DNA of 64,000 nt from a virus (taxonomy: Duplodnaviria; Caudoviricetes). The DNA is taken from positions 1 through 64,000 of the IMG/VR virus record IMGVR_UViG_3300028048_000089. One strand, written 5' to 3'. This document shows, in pieces, positions 38,177 to 48,241 of the stretch; positions within the stretch are counted from its first letter, which is position 1, and every line of letters starts with the position of its first letter. A program made the position numbers and the translations under genes. The notes beneath the pieces are model-generated. The model had not been told where the DNA came from, did no database searches, and was given only the letters and a program-made list of their open reading frames with translations.

Positions 38177-38893
38177 CTACCTCCCAACTAAAGACCTCTT
38201 ATCGGCACCTACTAATTCAACATCATCAGATAATAAGACAATTCTTGAATATAGTCTATCACCAATAACTTGATGTAATTCTTCATCATTTAAATTTGAT
38301 GTATAAATATTTGCTTTACCACTATCAATTCTAATGCTAATAAGGTTTAAAATATTTTCATGTTCAAATTGTGTCAACCCTTTTGTACCAACTTCATCCC
38401 AAATAACAATATCTGCATCTAATACATGGTCTTTGATATATTGCACATAATCGCTCTTTTGAGAGATGTTATCTTTAATTGCTAATAAATACCTTGGAAC
38501 ATTGATAAACAATGCTCTAGAGTCTTCTATTGAAGATTCTAACCATATATTTGAAAAGTATGCTTGAACAAGTCTCAATGCCCAACTAGTTTTACCATTA
38601 CCTGTAATAGAAGAGTGAATGTATAAATTACCACCTGTTGACACGAAATTCATAATATTCTTCTCAATAGTTGACAAATATTTATAATTTGAATCATCAC
38701 TTTCATCTGCATCTAATAAGAATGTTACTCGTTGTCTTTGCTTATTTGAGATTAAAGCATTATCATAAAGTTTTGACAATTTAAAGTTTTTTACACAAAA
38801 ACTATCATCACAATGATAGCCAGTATCATTACAAGTATCTTTTAACCAACAATTTTTACAAATTTCTAAATCTTTCATCATCTTATTATACAT
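38177..38893 (-). CDS. dnaC: DnaC/DnaI-like helicase loader
   Basis: TGNGKT, IWDEVG, YTSN, DRLYSRI; N-terminal Cys cluster. Confidence 0.88.
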   Translation of the reverse strand: MYNKMMKDLEICKNCWLKDTCNDTGYHCDDSFCVKNFKLSKLYDNALISNKQRQRVTFLLDADESDDSNYKYLSTIEKNIMNFVSTGGNLYIHSSITGNGKTSWALRLVQAYFSNIWLESSIEDSRALFINVPRYLLAIKDNISQKSDYVQYIKDHVLDADIVIWDEVGTKGLTQFEHENILNLISIRIDSGKANIYTSNLNDEELHQVIGDRLYSRIVLLSDDVELVGADKRSLVGR

Positions 38894-39360
38894 TATTTTT
38901 TATCAAATCTTAAGTTATTCCATTCTTCTTTAGAACAGTATTTAGATACATCTAAAGTACTGTGCGAATCAGTAGAAGCATTAAGCCATGCCGTAACAAC
39001 AAGATTTCTATTGTAATCAATACTAAAATCTCTAATGTCTGTACCAGGTCTAATTACTAAAATTAAGTCTTGTTTACCTGTAGTATGAACTCTAACACAA
39101 TACTTAGTAATCATCCAATATCCATCTCTACCTTGAAGTTCTACTTCAAAGGGTTCTTGAGGGAAGTTTCTAATAACCTCTAATGCAGTTTTAACTTGTT
39201 CCATTAAATAATCATGACTTTTATCTTCTACATTATCTAAATGTTCTTGAAGATGTCTTGACAATTGATAGTCATATAAATGTATTTGTAAGTCTTTCAC
39301 AGACTCTTGTGTACCATGAGGAAAATATACCTCTTTATGAAATAATAATGTTTTTATCAT
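38893..39360 (-). CDS. Hypothetical protein
   Basis: 155 aa; VVTAWLN...DSHSTLD. Confidence 0.6.
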   Translation of the reverse strand: MIKTLLFHKEVYFPHGTQESVKDLQIHLYDYQLSRHLQEHLDNVEDKSHDYLMEQVKTALEVIRNFPQEPFEVELQGRDGYWMITKYCVRVHTTGKQDLILVIRPGTDIRDFSIDYNRNLVVTAWLNASTDSHSTLDVSKYCSKEEWNNLRFDKK

Positions 39361-39361
39361 A

Positions 39362-40099
39362 TTAATATTTTTTATCGCTTAAATTATTTGAAGATGCAAC
39401 TTTTAATTTTGTTGTTCTTACCGATTTTGAATTTTCTAAAAGTTTTTGTTCTTTCTCATAAGAATCAATTGCATATACACAATTTGTCCAACCTTGAGAT
39501 GTTGCTTTTGCAATTATATCTAATGCTTTTTGAACATCAGAACCTGCATACTTAAACAAAGTATTTTGAAAATCTAAAACTGTTTCTTTAATAACATATT
39601 TACCTTCATCATAAACAGACTCTAACCACTCAACTAGTGCTTTATGAATATTTACATTATCATTTGATAATAAATTTAAAAGTGCATATTTAATACTTTC
39701 TTTTTTAAGTTTCTTAGAGTCAGTTTTATTCTTTGGAAGATTTATTTGCTTACTTATCTTGCTTAACTCTTTAGAATCTTCTTCAGCAATTATTTGCATA
39801 AAAATCTCAACATCAAATCTTATTTTATCGGGGTTTTCTGCACTTGTTGTAATCAAACCAACTTTACTAAGAGATGCATCACAAAGATATTGCTCATCAA
39901 CTTTAATTGATGTCTTAGACTTCACATAATCTCTATTTAAAACAAAGAAATTATTCTCATCTAATTTCTTCTTCTTTCTTGCTTTAGCATAAATATCTAA
40001 TAACTCAGCACAATAAACAGCATTAGTCAAACCAATGATTTGTGCAATAGTAACATTAAAAGTTAAATAACTAGATGGACTAACAACATCCGAAAGCAT
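39362..40099 (-). CDS. Putative replication initiator (winged-helix)
   Basis: FNVTIAQIIGLTNAVY wHTH-type start; upstream of dnaC-dnaB-dnaG. Confidence 0.55.
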   Translation of the reverse strand: MLSDVVSPSSYLTFNVTIAQIIGLTNAVYCAELLDIYAKARKKKKLDENNFFVLNRDYVKSKTSIKVDEQYLCDASLSKVGLITTSAENPDKIRFDVEIFMQIIAEEDSKELSKISKQINLPKNKTDSKKLKKESIKYALLNLLSNDNVNIHKALVEWLESVYDEGKYVIKETVLDFQNTLFKYAGSDVQKALDIIAKATSQGWTNCVYAIDSYEKEQKLLENSKSVRTTKLKVASSNNLSDKKY

Positions 40100-40895
40100 T
40101 TATAATAACCTCTCTATCTTGTTGTAAATTAATTAATGCATGTTTAACTAATTCACCTAATACTTTTTTATTATTATGAGTTAAAGAATCAAGTTTTGTA
40201 CTTAAAACATTATCTAATTTATATCTATGCTTAAATGACTTAATATAATCTTTTTGAGACATTCCTGAAATAACTTTAGAGATATTAAAACCTGCTTTAT
40301 TGAAACAATCATTGTAACAAACACTATCAATAATCATAGCACTTAAAACGTCTCTTGATTTTAATTTATATTCAACTAAATCTTTAATTGCAGACATCTC
40401 ATCTTTATCTTCAACAAATAAACATTCGGAAGAATCTCCAAATATTTCAACAGATTCTTCAACAGAAAATGTCATATAATTAAGTTTTCTTGAGTCAGTA
40501 TTTGATTGTTGAAATGCTCCTTGCATTATAGATGTAATACATTGATTAATGCACTTTTCAGCACCATGTTCTTCTTTACTAACTTTCTTTGAAGAATCTA
40601 ACCAACTCTTATATTTAAATACTTTTACAAAAGCATCATAGAGCATACTTACTGCATCATCAATTTCAATCTTCAATGATTTTGTCTTGTCATAGATGAA
40701 TGGTACCATATACCAATATCTTACCATTAAAGCACTTAAACAACTACTCATCATCTCTTTATTATTAAGTTTTTCATACTTAACATACTCATTTGCGAGA
40801 AACTCAATATCATTAAAATCTTCTTTTGTACCTACATGAAAGAGTGGTAATCTTTTTGCATCTTCTAAAAATAATTTATATGAATCTTTTAACAT
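40080..40895 (-). CDS. Putative phage sigma factor
   Basis: Region-2-like LMVRYWYMV...DDAVSMLYDAFVK. Confidence 0.45.
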   Translation of the reverse strand: MLKDSYKLFLEDAKRLPLFHVGTKEDFNDIEFLANEYVKYEKLNNKEMMSSCLSALMVRYWYMVPFIYDKTKSLKIEIDDAVSMLYDAFVKVFKYKSWLDSSKKVSKEEHGAEKCINQCITSIMQGAFQQSNTDSRKLNYMTFSVEESVEIFGDSSECLFVEDKDEMSAIKDLVEYKLKSRDVLSAMIIDSVCYNDCFNKAGFNISKVISGMSQKDYIKSFKHRYKLDNVLSTKLDSLTHNNKKVLGELVKHALINLQQDREVIINAFGCC

Positions 40896-40934
40896 AATTA
40901 ATTTACCTCCAACTCAATAATTATAAACTAATAA

Positions 40935-41594
40935 TTATTTATTGTCAAGACCCCAAAGTTCTACAAAATCAATATTATATTTCTTTTTTAAATCAACTTT
41001 ATGTTTAACTACATTACCATTTTTACCCTTAGTATATGTATGAATTAAAGGGATATCTTTTTTAGTTAGCCTACATTTTTTAAGTTCTTCTTCATTTGGT
41101 TCATACTCTTTTTTAAAGCAATCAGGACACACATACTCTACCCAACCATAGGTTCTGTATCTTGCAGGTTTACCACAAAAGAAACAATACCCCTCAGATA
41201 CTAATTCATATTTATCAAGGACTGTTTGAATTTCATCAGTAGCACTAGCATATAATCTAAGACTACCCCATTTTTCTTTGATTTGTTGCCATTGTAACAT
41301 CTTTTTCCAAGAGAGATGCTTACAAAGTCTTTTTCTTGATTCTTTACCTGCTTGTTTGATTTCTTCGCTCATTTGTTTACCGAAAGCAATTCTCCAACCC
41401 TTTGGAATACTATCATATTCAGTAAATGCATAACCGCAGAATTTACCTTTCCAAACATTATAAACTCTATAGAATGGATACTTTAATAAGAAAAAGAAAT
41501 TCTTCCAATGCCATAAAAATGATATATGATTAATAAATTGATTGTGACCTAATGCATAACCAAGTTTTCTAAAAAATTTCTTTACCTTTTTCAT
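40935..41594 (-). CDS. Hypothetical protein with zinc finger
   Basis: QIKEKWGSLRLY, CFFCG...CPDC. Confidence 0.65.
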   Translation of the reverse strand: MKKVKKFFRKLGYALGHNQFINHISFLWHWKNFFFLLKYPFYRVYNVWKGKFCGYAFTEYDSIPKGWRIAFGKQMSEEIKQAGKESRKRLCKHLSWKKMLQWQQIKEKWGSLRLYASATDEIQTVLDKYELVSEGYCFFCGKPARYRTYGWVEYVCPDCFKKEYEPNEEELKKCRLTKKDIPLIHTYTKGKNGNVVKHKVDLKKKYNIDFVELWGLDNK

Positions 41595-41812
41595 TATTTA
41601 ATAATCCTCCAATTTGGACATGGAAAGCCATTTACCATATCACTTTCATACTTATCAACATACTTTTTTAATTTTGTGTAATCATTTAAAATCTTTTTAA
41701 TTAACTCAAAAGTACTAGAATCCATTACCATAACCACTGTTTCTTGGTTATCACCTACATACCACCACTTTAAAAATGTTTCTGATTCTTCTACTTGTTT
41801 TTGTTCAACCAT
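41594..41812 (-). CDS. Hypothetical protein
   Basis: 72 aa ORF. Confidence 0.55.
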   Translation of the reverse strand: MVEQKQVEESETFLKWWYVGDNQETVVMVMDSSTFELIKKILNDYTKLKKYVDKYESDMVNGFPCPNWRIIK

Positions 41813-41854
41813 AAGACTATCTTACTCCTTCTTTAAATATTATACAAGATATTA

Positions 41855-42025
41855 TTATAAATGTGAACTGATATATTCATTATCTTCAGCATCTACACAC
41901 TCTATACTTGTTACAAAAATATGATTCTTATTTCTTTTAATAAATTCAACTGTTTGTTCAGGATAGTCAAATCTCTCAACAAATGATTTGCCGTTGCTAA
42001 TGTCAATAAAATAAATTGTAATCAT
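41855..42025 (-). CDS. Hypothetical 56-aa protein (MITIYFIDIS...), not in ORF track
   Basis: AGGAG RBS. Confidence 0.55.
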   Translation of the reverse strand: MITIYFIDISNGKSFVERFDYPEQTVEFIKRNKNHIFVTSIECVDAEDNEYISSHL

Positions 42026-42034
42026 AAAGTTCTC

Positions 42035-42349
42035 CTAATATGGTAAATAATCTTCCATATGATAATCTAAAGAATAATTATCTAAAAGTTTACAATAAAT
42101 ATATTCTTCAATGTCTTTAAATTCACCAGAATTAACTGCATCTTCAGCCTCTTCATAAGAAATCCAAGTTGCATATTTATTACCAATTTTAACATAAATT
42201 TCTTGACCAGGCATTAAATCTTTAAAGTCATCAAAAACTTCATACTCATATTGAGATTGAGTATAATAATATCTTATTCTAATAGTCTTAGTATAAGTAG
42301 ATTTGCAATCTCTTAATCTAACAATAACTTGTTTCATTATTTTACCCAC
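42035..42349 (-). CDS. Hypothetical protein
   Basis: 104 aa ORF. Confidence 0.55.
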   Translation of the reverse strand: MGKIMKQVIVRLRDCKSTYTKTIRIRYYYTQSQYEYEVFDDFKDLMPGQEIYVKIGNKYATWISYEEAEDAVNSGEFKDIEEYIYCKLLDNYSLDYHMEDYLPY

Positions 42350-42531
42350 ACTTTCTTTATATATTCTAGAAGTTCAATTGCTTCTTCAAAACCTTCTCGT
42401 TTTCCAAAGCAACAACCTTTTTCAAAAGCATCTAGATAAGGTTCTGTTGACCTTCTTTCTTGGTCTTTAATACATGAATTTAAATCGTCAATCGCATCAT
42501 TAATGATTTCTTCAAATTTTTTCTTTGTCAT
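42337..42531 (-). CDS. Hypothetical protein
   Basis: 64 aa ORF. Confidence 0.55.
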   Translation of the reverse strand: MTKKKFEEIINDAIDDLNSCIKDQERRSTEPYLDAFEKGCCFGKREGFEEAIELLEYIKKVWVK

Positions 42532-42558
42532 ATTAAATTACCTCTAACTTTCGTATAT

Positions 42559-42587
42559 ATTATATCATTATATCAAAAAGAGGTCAA
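42559..42587 (-). promoter_or_regulatory. Sigma-A promoter TTGACC-N17-TATAAT
   Basis: -35 at 42582-42587, -10 at 42559-42564. Confidence 0.75.
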
Positions 42588-42588
42588 T

Positions 42589-42616
42589 AAAAAAGTGGCC
42601 TTTATGACCACTTTTT
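42589..42616 (-). terminator. Intrinsic terminator
   Basis: AAAAAGUGGUC-AUAAA-GGCCACUUUUUU. Confidence 0.8.
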
Positions 42617-42639
42617 GACCCAGTTTATATTTTAGTAAA

Positions 42640-42972
42640 TTAGAAGTTGAAGAAACTTCTAACTAAATCATCAAATGTAACTTGTTTCTTACCGTTATCA
42701 TTAACATATGTCATATGATAACCACCATATGTTTCAGCAAACTTATCTCTAAGTTCAATCCACTTCTTTTCAGCATCAGCAATTTGTTTAAATGCTTGTT
42801 CTTTAACATTTTCATATTCAAGATAAGCATCTTCAACTTCTTTTGCTCTTGCTTTCTTAATATCAGCTAACTTAGTTTTTTCAGCTTCTTGTTCAGCTAA
42901 TGCCTTTTCGGCTTCTTCTAATTCTTTGACAGTTTTATAAGACATGCCGGTCTTTTCACTTAAATACAACAT
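42640..42972 (-). CDS. 110-aa coiled-coil protein, monocistronic
   Basis: Start moved to MLYLSEKTG behind AAGGAG. Confidence 0.7.
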   Translation of the reverse strand: MLYLSEKTGMSYKTVKELEEAEKALAEQEAEKTKLADIKKARAKEVEDAYLEYENVKEQAFKQIADAEKKWIELRDKFAETYGGYHMTYVNDNGKKQVTFDDLVRSFFNF

Positions 42973-43140
42973 TGATTCAAATTCTCCTTTTAATTTTTTA
43001 GTCCATTTAACTAAAATTCCTAACCTATTAGTTAAATAGCAATCAATGAATTTATATACCTGAGTCATCATATAGAAAACTCATTGGTCACTTAATTTAG
43101 CACACTATATTATACAATAAAAATCAATCAAATGTGCTTG

Positions 43141-43173
43141 AAAAATAAAAATCAAGCATTTCTGCTTGATTTT
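43141..43173 (-). terminator. Intrinsic terminator after nrdG
   Basis: AAAAUCAAGCA-GAAA-UGCUUGAUUUUU. Confidence 0.8.
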
Positions 43174-43723
43174 AATCCTTATTATCTTCTGAAGTAATAA
43201 TAAATCTTGCTGGGTTTCCAACTTTTTCTTTTCTAAATTTATAAGTAGTGTTTACCCAAGATTCACCATCTTTGGTTTGCAACTTTTCAAACAAGAGTTG
43301 ATTACTCCAAGGGAATTGAAGAACACCATTATTAGTTTGATGCCATTCTTCAACAGGTCCTTTTGGCATAATGAATCTACCGATTTTGTATAAATCTAAG
43401 CAATTGAGAAGTTTAGTTGACATATATTCTCTACCACTATACATACCTACTTTAAGGTGATGTTTTTCATGAACATAATTAGTGATTCTAACTACATCAT
43501 CATGGTCACTATCACCACCCATTAACCCAAATACACTGATACCTGGATGGTCTTTAATTAATTCATCAATCTTCTCATTAGTTAATTCTTCACCAACATC
43601 TTTTAATAACCATGGCTCACTGCACCCGTCACAGTAGCCTGGACAGTTACTAATATTAACACATAAAGTGATTTCATCTGGGAATTCACTCATTGTTACA
43701 GCAACATCATAAACTTTAAGCAT
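43172..43723 (-). CDS. nrdG: Anaerobic RNR activase (radical SAM)
   Basis: CPGYCDGC, MGGD, YSG; adjacent to nrdD. Confidence 0.9.
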   Translation of the reverse strand: MLKVYDVAVTMSEFPDEITLCVNISNCPGYCDGCSEPWLLKDVGEELTNEKIDELIKDHPGISVFGLMGGDSDHDDVVRITNYVHEKHHLKVGMYSGREYMSTKLLNCLDLYKIGRFIMPKGPVEEWHQTNNGVLQFPWSNQLLFEKLQTKDGESWVNTTYKFRKEKVGNPARFIITSEDNKD

Positions 43724-43736
43724 CTATTAATCTCCT

Positions 43737-45578
43737 TTAATCTAAATTTTCATAGGCTCTCTTAGAGGCTTCTTTTTGTCTTATCTCACTAAAATTACTA
43801 ACTCTCTTAAGATAACCTATGACTCTGGTTAAGTAGTCAACATTTTTACTACCGCATACAGGACATTCATGTAAATATCTTTTGTCAATATGACCACACT
43901 CATTACAAACTGTATTAGGACAATTAAATGTAAAATATTGACATCCTGCAGTTATTGCAATATCCATTAACATTCTATATTGTTTTTTAGTTAAATGTTC
44001 ATTCAAGTTACAATGATAAGCACTACCGCCATCTAAACACCCACTAAAATCTTTTCCTTGTAGATACATCTTTGTAATAATATCATATGAAGCATCTTCA
44101 ACTGGGTAGAAATATGAGTTATAACATTCTCTATTTGCAGGAACCCAATAACCATCTTTTTTATCCCATTGATAGTTCTTAGCACCAAGATTCTCTGCTG
44201 GAACTTGTTCTGTATTAAATTTGCAATGTTCACTTCTATCTTCTAAATTCAAATTCTTAATTGTTTCTAAGATATCTTTTGCAAATTGTTTATATGCTTC
44301 ATTATTTGGTTTAGTTTCAATTTTAAGATATTCAGCTGCTTCTAAGAAACCATTAAACCCAATAGTTAGATATTGTTTATCTAAACTAATATAACCAGCC
44401 TTATAAACAGTTAATAAATCATTATTGTATAAATCCCAAAGATAATCATTGTAAGCACTTAAATATTTATGCACTCTCTTAACAATAGGAGTTATATATT
44501 CAGGTAAAGAAACTTTTCTTCCTTCTCTATCCCAATTTTGAACAATTCTATTGATATTTAAAGTTATAACTTTTTTAGAACCTGTTTGAATACCACCAGC
44601 ACCTAAAGTATAACTAAATACATTTTCTTCAATAGCATTTTTCAATCTACAACAACTTGAAAGAGCATCAGCACTATCACTATTGTATAAGAAGAATGAA
44701 TGACCTTCTTGCCACATTTCAGCAGTAAAATCTGCCATCTCTTCATCTACATATTTATGAGTATTTTTATCCCATAACAAGTTCATGGTTTCAACAGGGA
44801 AAGTAATTACTGCTTTAGTTCTTTCTTCATTAAACCACTTCATATACATCTTTTGAAGTTCTTTAGTTGTTTCCCAACAAGGTTCATCACAATCTGGGAA
44901 GAAGAAATCTTTAAAAATACTTTCAAAATAACCTTTATCAAAATATGCAATATTAGTAAATGGAGATTGATAGTTTCTTGCACCTGCAGGTTGGTTTACA
45001 CTAAATACAAATTGTTGGAACCAATCTTCAATCTTATTTCTTAAAGTAAGTTGTCTATTACCAAAAGATTCAACAACTTCATCTAATCTTTCAATATAAT
45101 CATTACCATAATCAATTCTTAAGAAATGGTCAAAGTATGGCAAGAATTCAGGAACAGCAACAGCACCTGCAAATTGTCCAGCAATTAAGAAGATTAAATT
45201 AATAATACCGCCTATATAACTATTTGCATGTTTTGGGGCACTGCTTGTACCACCTAATGTTTGTAATCCATCTAATAAGAATGGATATAATGAGATAGCA
45301 ATACAGTAGGGCATTATGCTGGACTCATCATGCGAATAAATGATATGATTTTTCAAATCTTCTTCATAAGCATTTGCTAATTCTTCACTTAAATATCTCT
45401 TAGTTAATGCTCTATTTAAATCAATTAAATCTTTTTTACCTAATTCTGTTTGTAATGTTGCAATACACTTAGTTGTTACATTAGCATTGGCATCAAATTT
45501 ACTTCCTGTACTAGCATTACTTGCCTTCTTATAATCATCAATAAAAGCAAGTTTCTTATCAAGTGTTCTTTGGTCCAT
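43737..45578 (-). CDS. nrdD: Class III anaerobic ribonucleotide reductase (no ATP cone)
   Basis: PYC, SCCRL, PAENL, CNEC...CPVC, glycyl-radical loop RVIGYL. Confidence 0.95.
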   Translation of the reverse strand: MDQRTLDKKLAFIDDYKKASNASTGSKFDANANVTTKCIATLQTELGKKDLIDLNRALTKRYLSEELANAYEEDLKNHIIYSHDESSIMPYCIAISLYPFLLDGLQTLGGTSSAPKHANSYIGGIINLIFLIAGQFAGAVAVPEFLPYFDHFLRIDYGNDYIERLDEVVESFGNRQLTLRNKIEDWFQQFVFSVNQPAGARNYQSPFTNIAYFDKGYFESIFKDFFFPDCDEPCWETTKELQKMYMKWFNEERTKAVITFPVETMNLLWDKNTHKYVDEEMADFTAEMWQEGHSFFLYNSDSADALSSCCRLKNAIEENVFSYTLGAGGIQTGSKKVITLNINRIVQNWDREGRKVSLPEYITPIVKRVHKYLSAYNDYLWDLYNNDLLTVYKAGYISLDKQYLTIGFNGFLEAAEYLKIETKPNNEAYKQFAKDILETIKNLNLEDRSEHCKFNTEQVPAENLGAKNYQWDKKDGYWVPANRECYNSYFYPVEDASYDIITKMYLQGKDFSGCLDGGSAYHCNLNEHLTKKQYRMLMDIAITAGCQYFTFNCPNTVCNECGHIDKRYLHECPVCGSKNVDYLTRVIGYLKRVSNFSEIRQKEASKRAYENLD

Positions 45579-45584
45579 AATATA

Positions 45585-45875
45585 TTAGCCTCTTGAATTA
45601 ATATAATCTAAACATTCTTTCTTTACAAATCTTTGTCCATCAACTTCTAATGTTGGTGTTGCAGTTATGCCTTTTGACTTCATTACTTCTAAATCTTTAA
45701 CAGATTTATATTCAATATTATTTCTATTTAACATCATCTCAACAGTTTTACACATACCACAACAATCTTGATGATAGAGAATAATCTCATTATCTTTTAC
45801 TTCGTTTTCAATTGTTTCTACATAATTGTCTAACTCTTTACCAGTAAGAGTTGACACAAAAACATCTTCATTCAT
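45585..45875 (-). CDS. Glutaredoxin/NrdH-like protein
   Basis: CGMC, TPTLEVDG. Confidence 0.8.
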   Translation of the reverse strand: MNEDVFVSTLTGKELDNYVETIENEVKDNEIILYHQDCCGMCKTVEMMLNRNNIEYKSVKDLEVMKSKGITATPTLEVDGQRFVKKECLDYINSRG

Positions 45876-45936
45876 GATGCAACTTCCTTTCTAATTATTA
45901 TACAAGACTCCTTGAGAGTTCATGTTAATTTAGCAC

Positions 45937-47631
45937 TTATAAATCTTGCAAATATTTTTGTAGTATATTCATAATTGTCTCATCTTTTTTGTCATCTATA
46001 ACATAATCACTGATTGCTTTTTTAGTATTTATTGCTTGTGCTGTAACTTCATCAATTGTATCTTTACAAAGGAGGCTATAAATGAACACAGGCTTCTTGG
46101 AACCAATTCTATGAATTCTATCACATGCTTGTTCAAAAAGTGCGTAGGTCCATGGTAAATCAATGAATACCATATAGGAGGCACTAGTAAGTGTGAACCC
46201 TGTTCCCATCTTTGAAATTGTACCTATAAAAACTTTATACTTATCATCATTTTGGAACTTATCAATATTATTAGATACATCAATATCTTTCATATCGCCT
46301 GTACCGATAAGTGGATTATATTCTTCAAGTAATTTTTGTAGTTTATATACTGGTTCCTTAAATGTTGACATGATAACAACTTTATTACCATTACTAACAA
46401 TCTCTTCAACTAAGTCACAAGCTCTATCAATTTTACATGAAGCAATATCTTGACTTGTCAACACACTTGGACATGTCGTAGCTTGTCTTAAACGAGTGGT
46501 TAATGCTAAAAGATTTGAAGTGTTAAGATTAATTTTATCACAATTCTCTTTTGCTAGTTGTTTATATTCTTCTTTAACAGAATTCTTCACACTCTCATAA
46601 AATTTATCTTGAGAATCTTCCATAGTCAAAGATTCTTCAATAAAATTCTTTTCAGGTAAATCTAATAAATCTTTTGTTCTTCTCAATGAACATGAATCAA
46701 TTTCATTTTTAAGAATATCTAAATTCTTATAACCAATAATTCTACCTTTAGTGCTATCATCAAAAATACAATAAGTATTCTTAAATCTTGTAACACCTCT
46801 TTTCTTTTCAACACCTATCCAAGCAAGAGGTACATAAGCATCTAATGGCTTATTTAATAATAATGTACCTGTCATTGCAACTTGTTTATCTGCAGATAAC
46901 TCTAAAAGATTGCTTCCTTGTTGAGAATTCCAACCTTTTGCTTTATGACATTCATCAAATAACATAAGACCATATTTATTTGGACCTTTATTGATAGCAT
47001 TAAGAATTTTATCATTTCTTAAACTTTCAACATTAATAATTACAAAAAATTCATTTATAGGTTGTAATAATTGTTCTGCTCTTTTATTAATAGTTTCCCA
47101 AACTCTATTACCTTTTTTATTAATCCTCTCGCCTATAATAACACAAGATTCATTTGAATGTTTTTGTATCTCTTTTCTCCAATTGTCTCTTAGAGAAGCA
47201 ATACCACAAATAATTAAGCAGTGTTCAATCTTATCTTGTGCTTTAAGTTCTTCTGCAAGATAAATCATTTGTAAAGTTTTACCTAGTCCAGGCATATCTA
47301 AAAGAAGCCATTTATCATTATTTAAACCGTATTCTATCCCTTCTTTTTGATATTCATAAGGGTTTGTCTTATAGTTAAGAGTTATGTGTCTTAAATTGTC
47401 TTTTTCTGCTTCTTCTTCTACAATTAAATCTATATCATCAAAATAGATTAAATTATCTAATAAATATGAAAGTGAAGTTATTGGTACTTCCCATAAATGA
47501 GAATCAACATGAAAATAATAAGTCTCACTTGACTTAATTATATTTACAATTTCTTGCTTATAATCAAAAAACAAGTAAAGAGACTTAAGACCACTTAGTT
47601 TCTTTGCTTTACCTTCAACTATACGAATCAT
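45937..47631 (-). CDS. SNF2-family helicase
   Basis: DMPGLGKT, DECH, TGT, GTGFTL, QACDRIHRIG. Confidence 0.92.
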   Translation of the reverse strand: MIRIVEGKAKKLSGLKSLYLFFDYKQEIVNIIKSSETYYFHVDSHLWEVPITSLSYLLDNLIYFDDIDLIVEEEAEKDNLRHITLNYKTNPYEYQKEGIEYGLNNDKWLLLDMPGLGKTLQMIYLAEELKAQDKIEHCLIICGIASLRDNWRKEIQKHSNESCVIIGERINKKGNRVWETINKRAEQLLQPINEFFVIINVESLRNDKILNAINKGPNKYGLMLFDECHKAKGWNSQQGSNLLELSADKQVAMTGTLLLNKPLDAYVPLAWIGVEKKRGVTRFKNTYCIFDDSTKGRIIGYKNLDILKNEIDSCSLRRTKDLLDLPEKNFIEESLTMEDSQDKFYESVKNSVKEEYKQLAKENCDKINLNTSNLLALTTRLRQATTCPSVLTSQDIASCKIDRACDLVEEIVSNGNKVVIMSTFKEPVYKLQKLLEEYNPLIGTGDMKDIDVSNNIDKFQNDDKYKVFIGTISKMGTGFTLTSASYMVFIDLPWTYALFEQACDRIHRIGSKKPVFIYSLLCKDTIDEVTAQAINTKKAISDYVIDDKKDETIMNILQKYLQDL

Positions 47632-47921
47632 TATTCTTCTAAATCAATTCTATCTTTAAAAATTTCTACTGAATATTCTTCATCCCATAAGTCTTCAGAG
47701 AATTGTGTTATTGTATTAATTGATGCTGTTACAATAAATTTAGTATCACAATAATCACAAATATATTCTGCACTTAAATCAGGTTCAACACCTTCAATAA
47801 GGATAATTTTTCCTTTTGAATCTTTAATGGCATTTCTATTGCCAATAAGGTCATCACTCATAAAAATTTCTTCTAATAAATATTCTGCCCCGCATTTAGG
47901 ACAAACAATTTTTGGTGCCAT
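47631..47921 (-). CDS. Zinc-ribbon protein
   Basis: CPKC...CDYC. Confidence 0.6.
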   Translation of the reverse strand: MAPKIVCPKCGAEYLLEEIFMSDDLIGNRNAIKDSKGKIILIEGVEPDLSAEYICDYCDTKFIVTASINTITQFSEDLWDEEYSVEIFKDRIDLEE

Positions 47922-47934
47922 AATATCTCCTTAA

Positions 47935-48129
47935 CTAAATAGAAGTTAATATTTCCCAAACAATATCAATAACATCATCATGATATACATCACATAGTTG
48001 TTCTACAGTACACATTTTTAAATTGTCATCTTCTAAATAATCTAATATCAACCATTTAGTAATTCCACAATTATATAGAAAGTTTTTCAATTGTTTAGGA
48101 TTTTTATTTTTTAATTTACTTAATGTCAT
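47935..48129 (-). CDS. Hypothetical protein (probably leaderless)
   Basis: 64 aa; ATG 5 nt after TATAAT. Confidence 0.5.
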   Translation of the reverse strand: MTLSKLKNKNPKQLKNFLYNCGITKWLILDYLEDDNLKMCTVEQLCDVYHDDVIDIVWEILTSI

Positions 48130-48154
48130 ACTATATTATACAAGTTATTTTAAT

Positions 48155-48203
48155 AAAAATAAAAAGGTAGTTTTATTTTTACATGTGTGGCACAAACTAC
48201 CTG
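48155..48203 (-). terminator. Terminator-like hairpin with a large loop
   Basis: AGGUAGUUU...AAACUACCU followed by UUUUAUUUUU. Confidence 0.6.
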
Positions 48204-48241
48204 AAACTTATATCTCAACCACAATATATTATACAATATTT

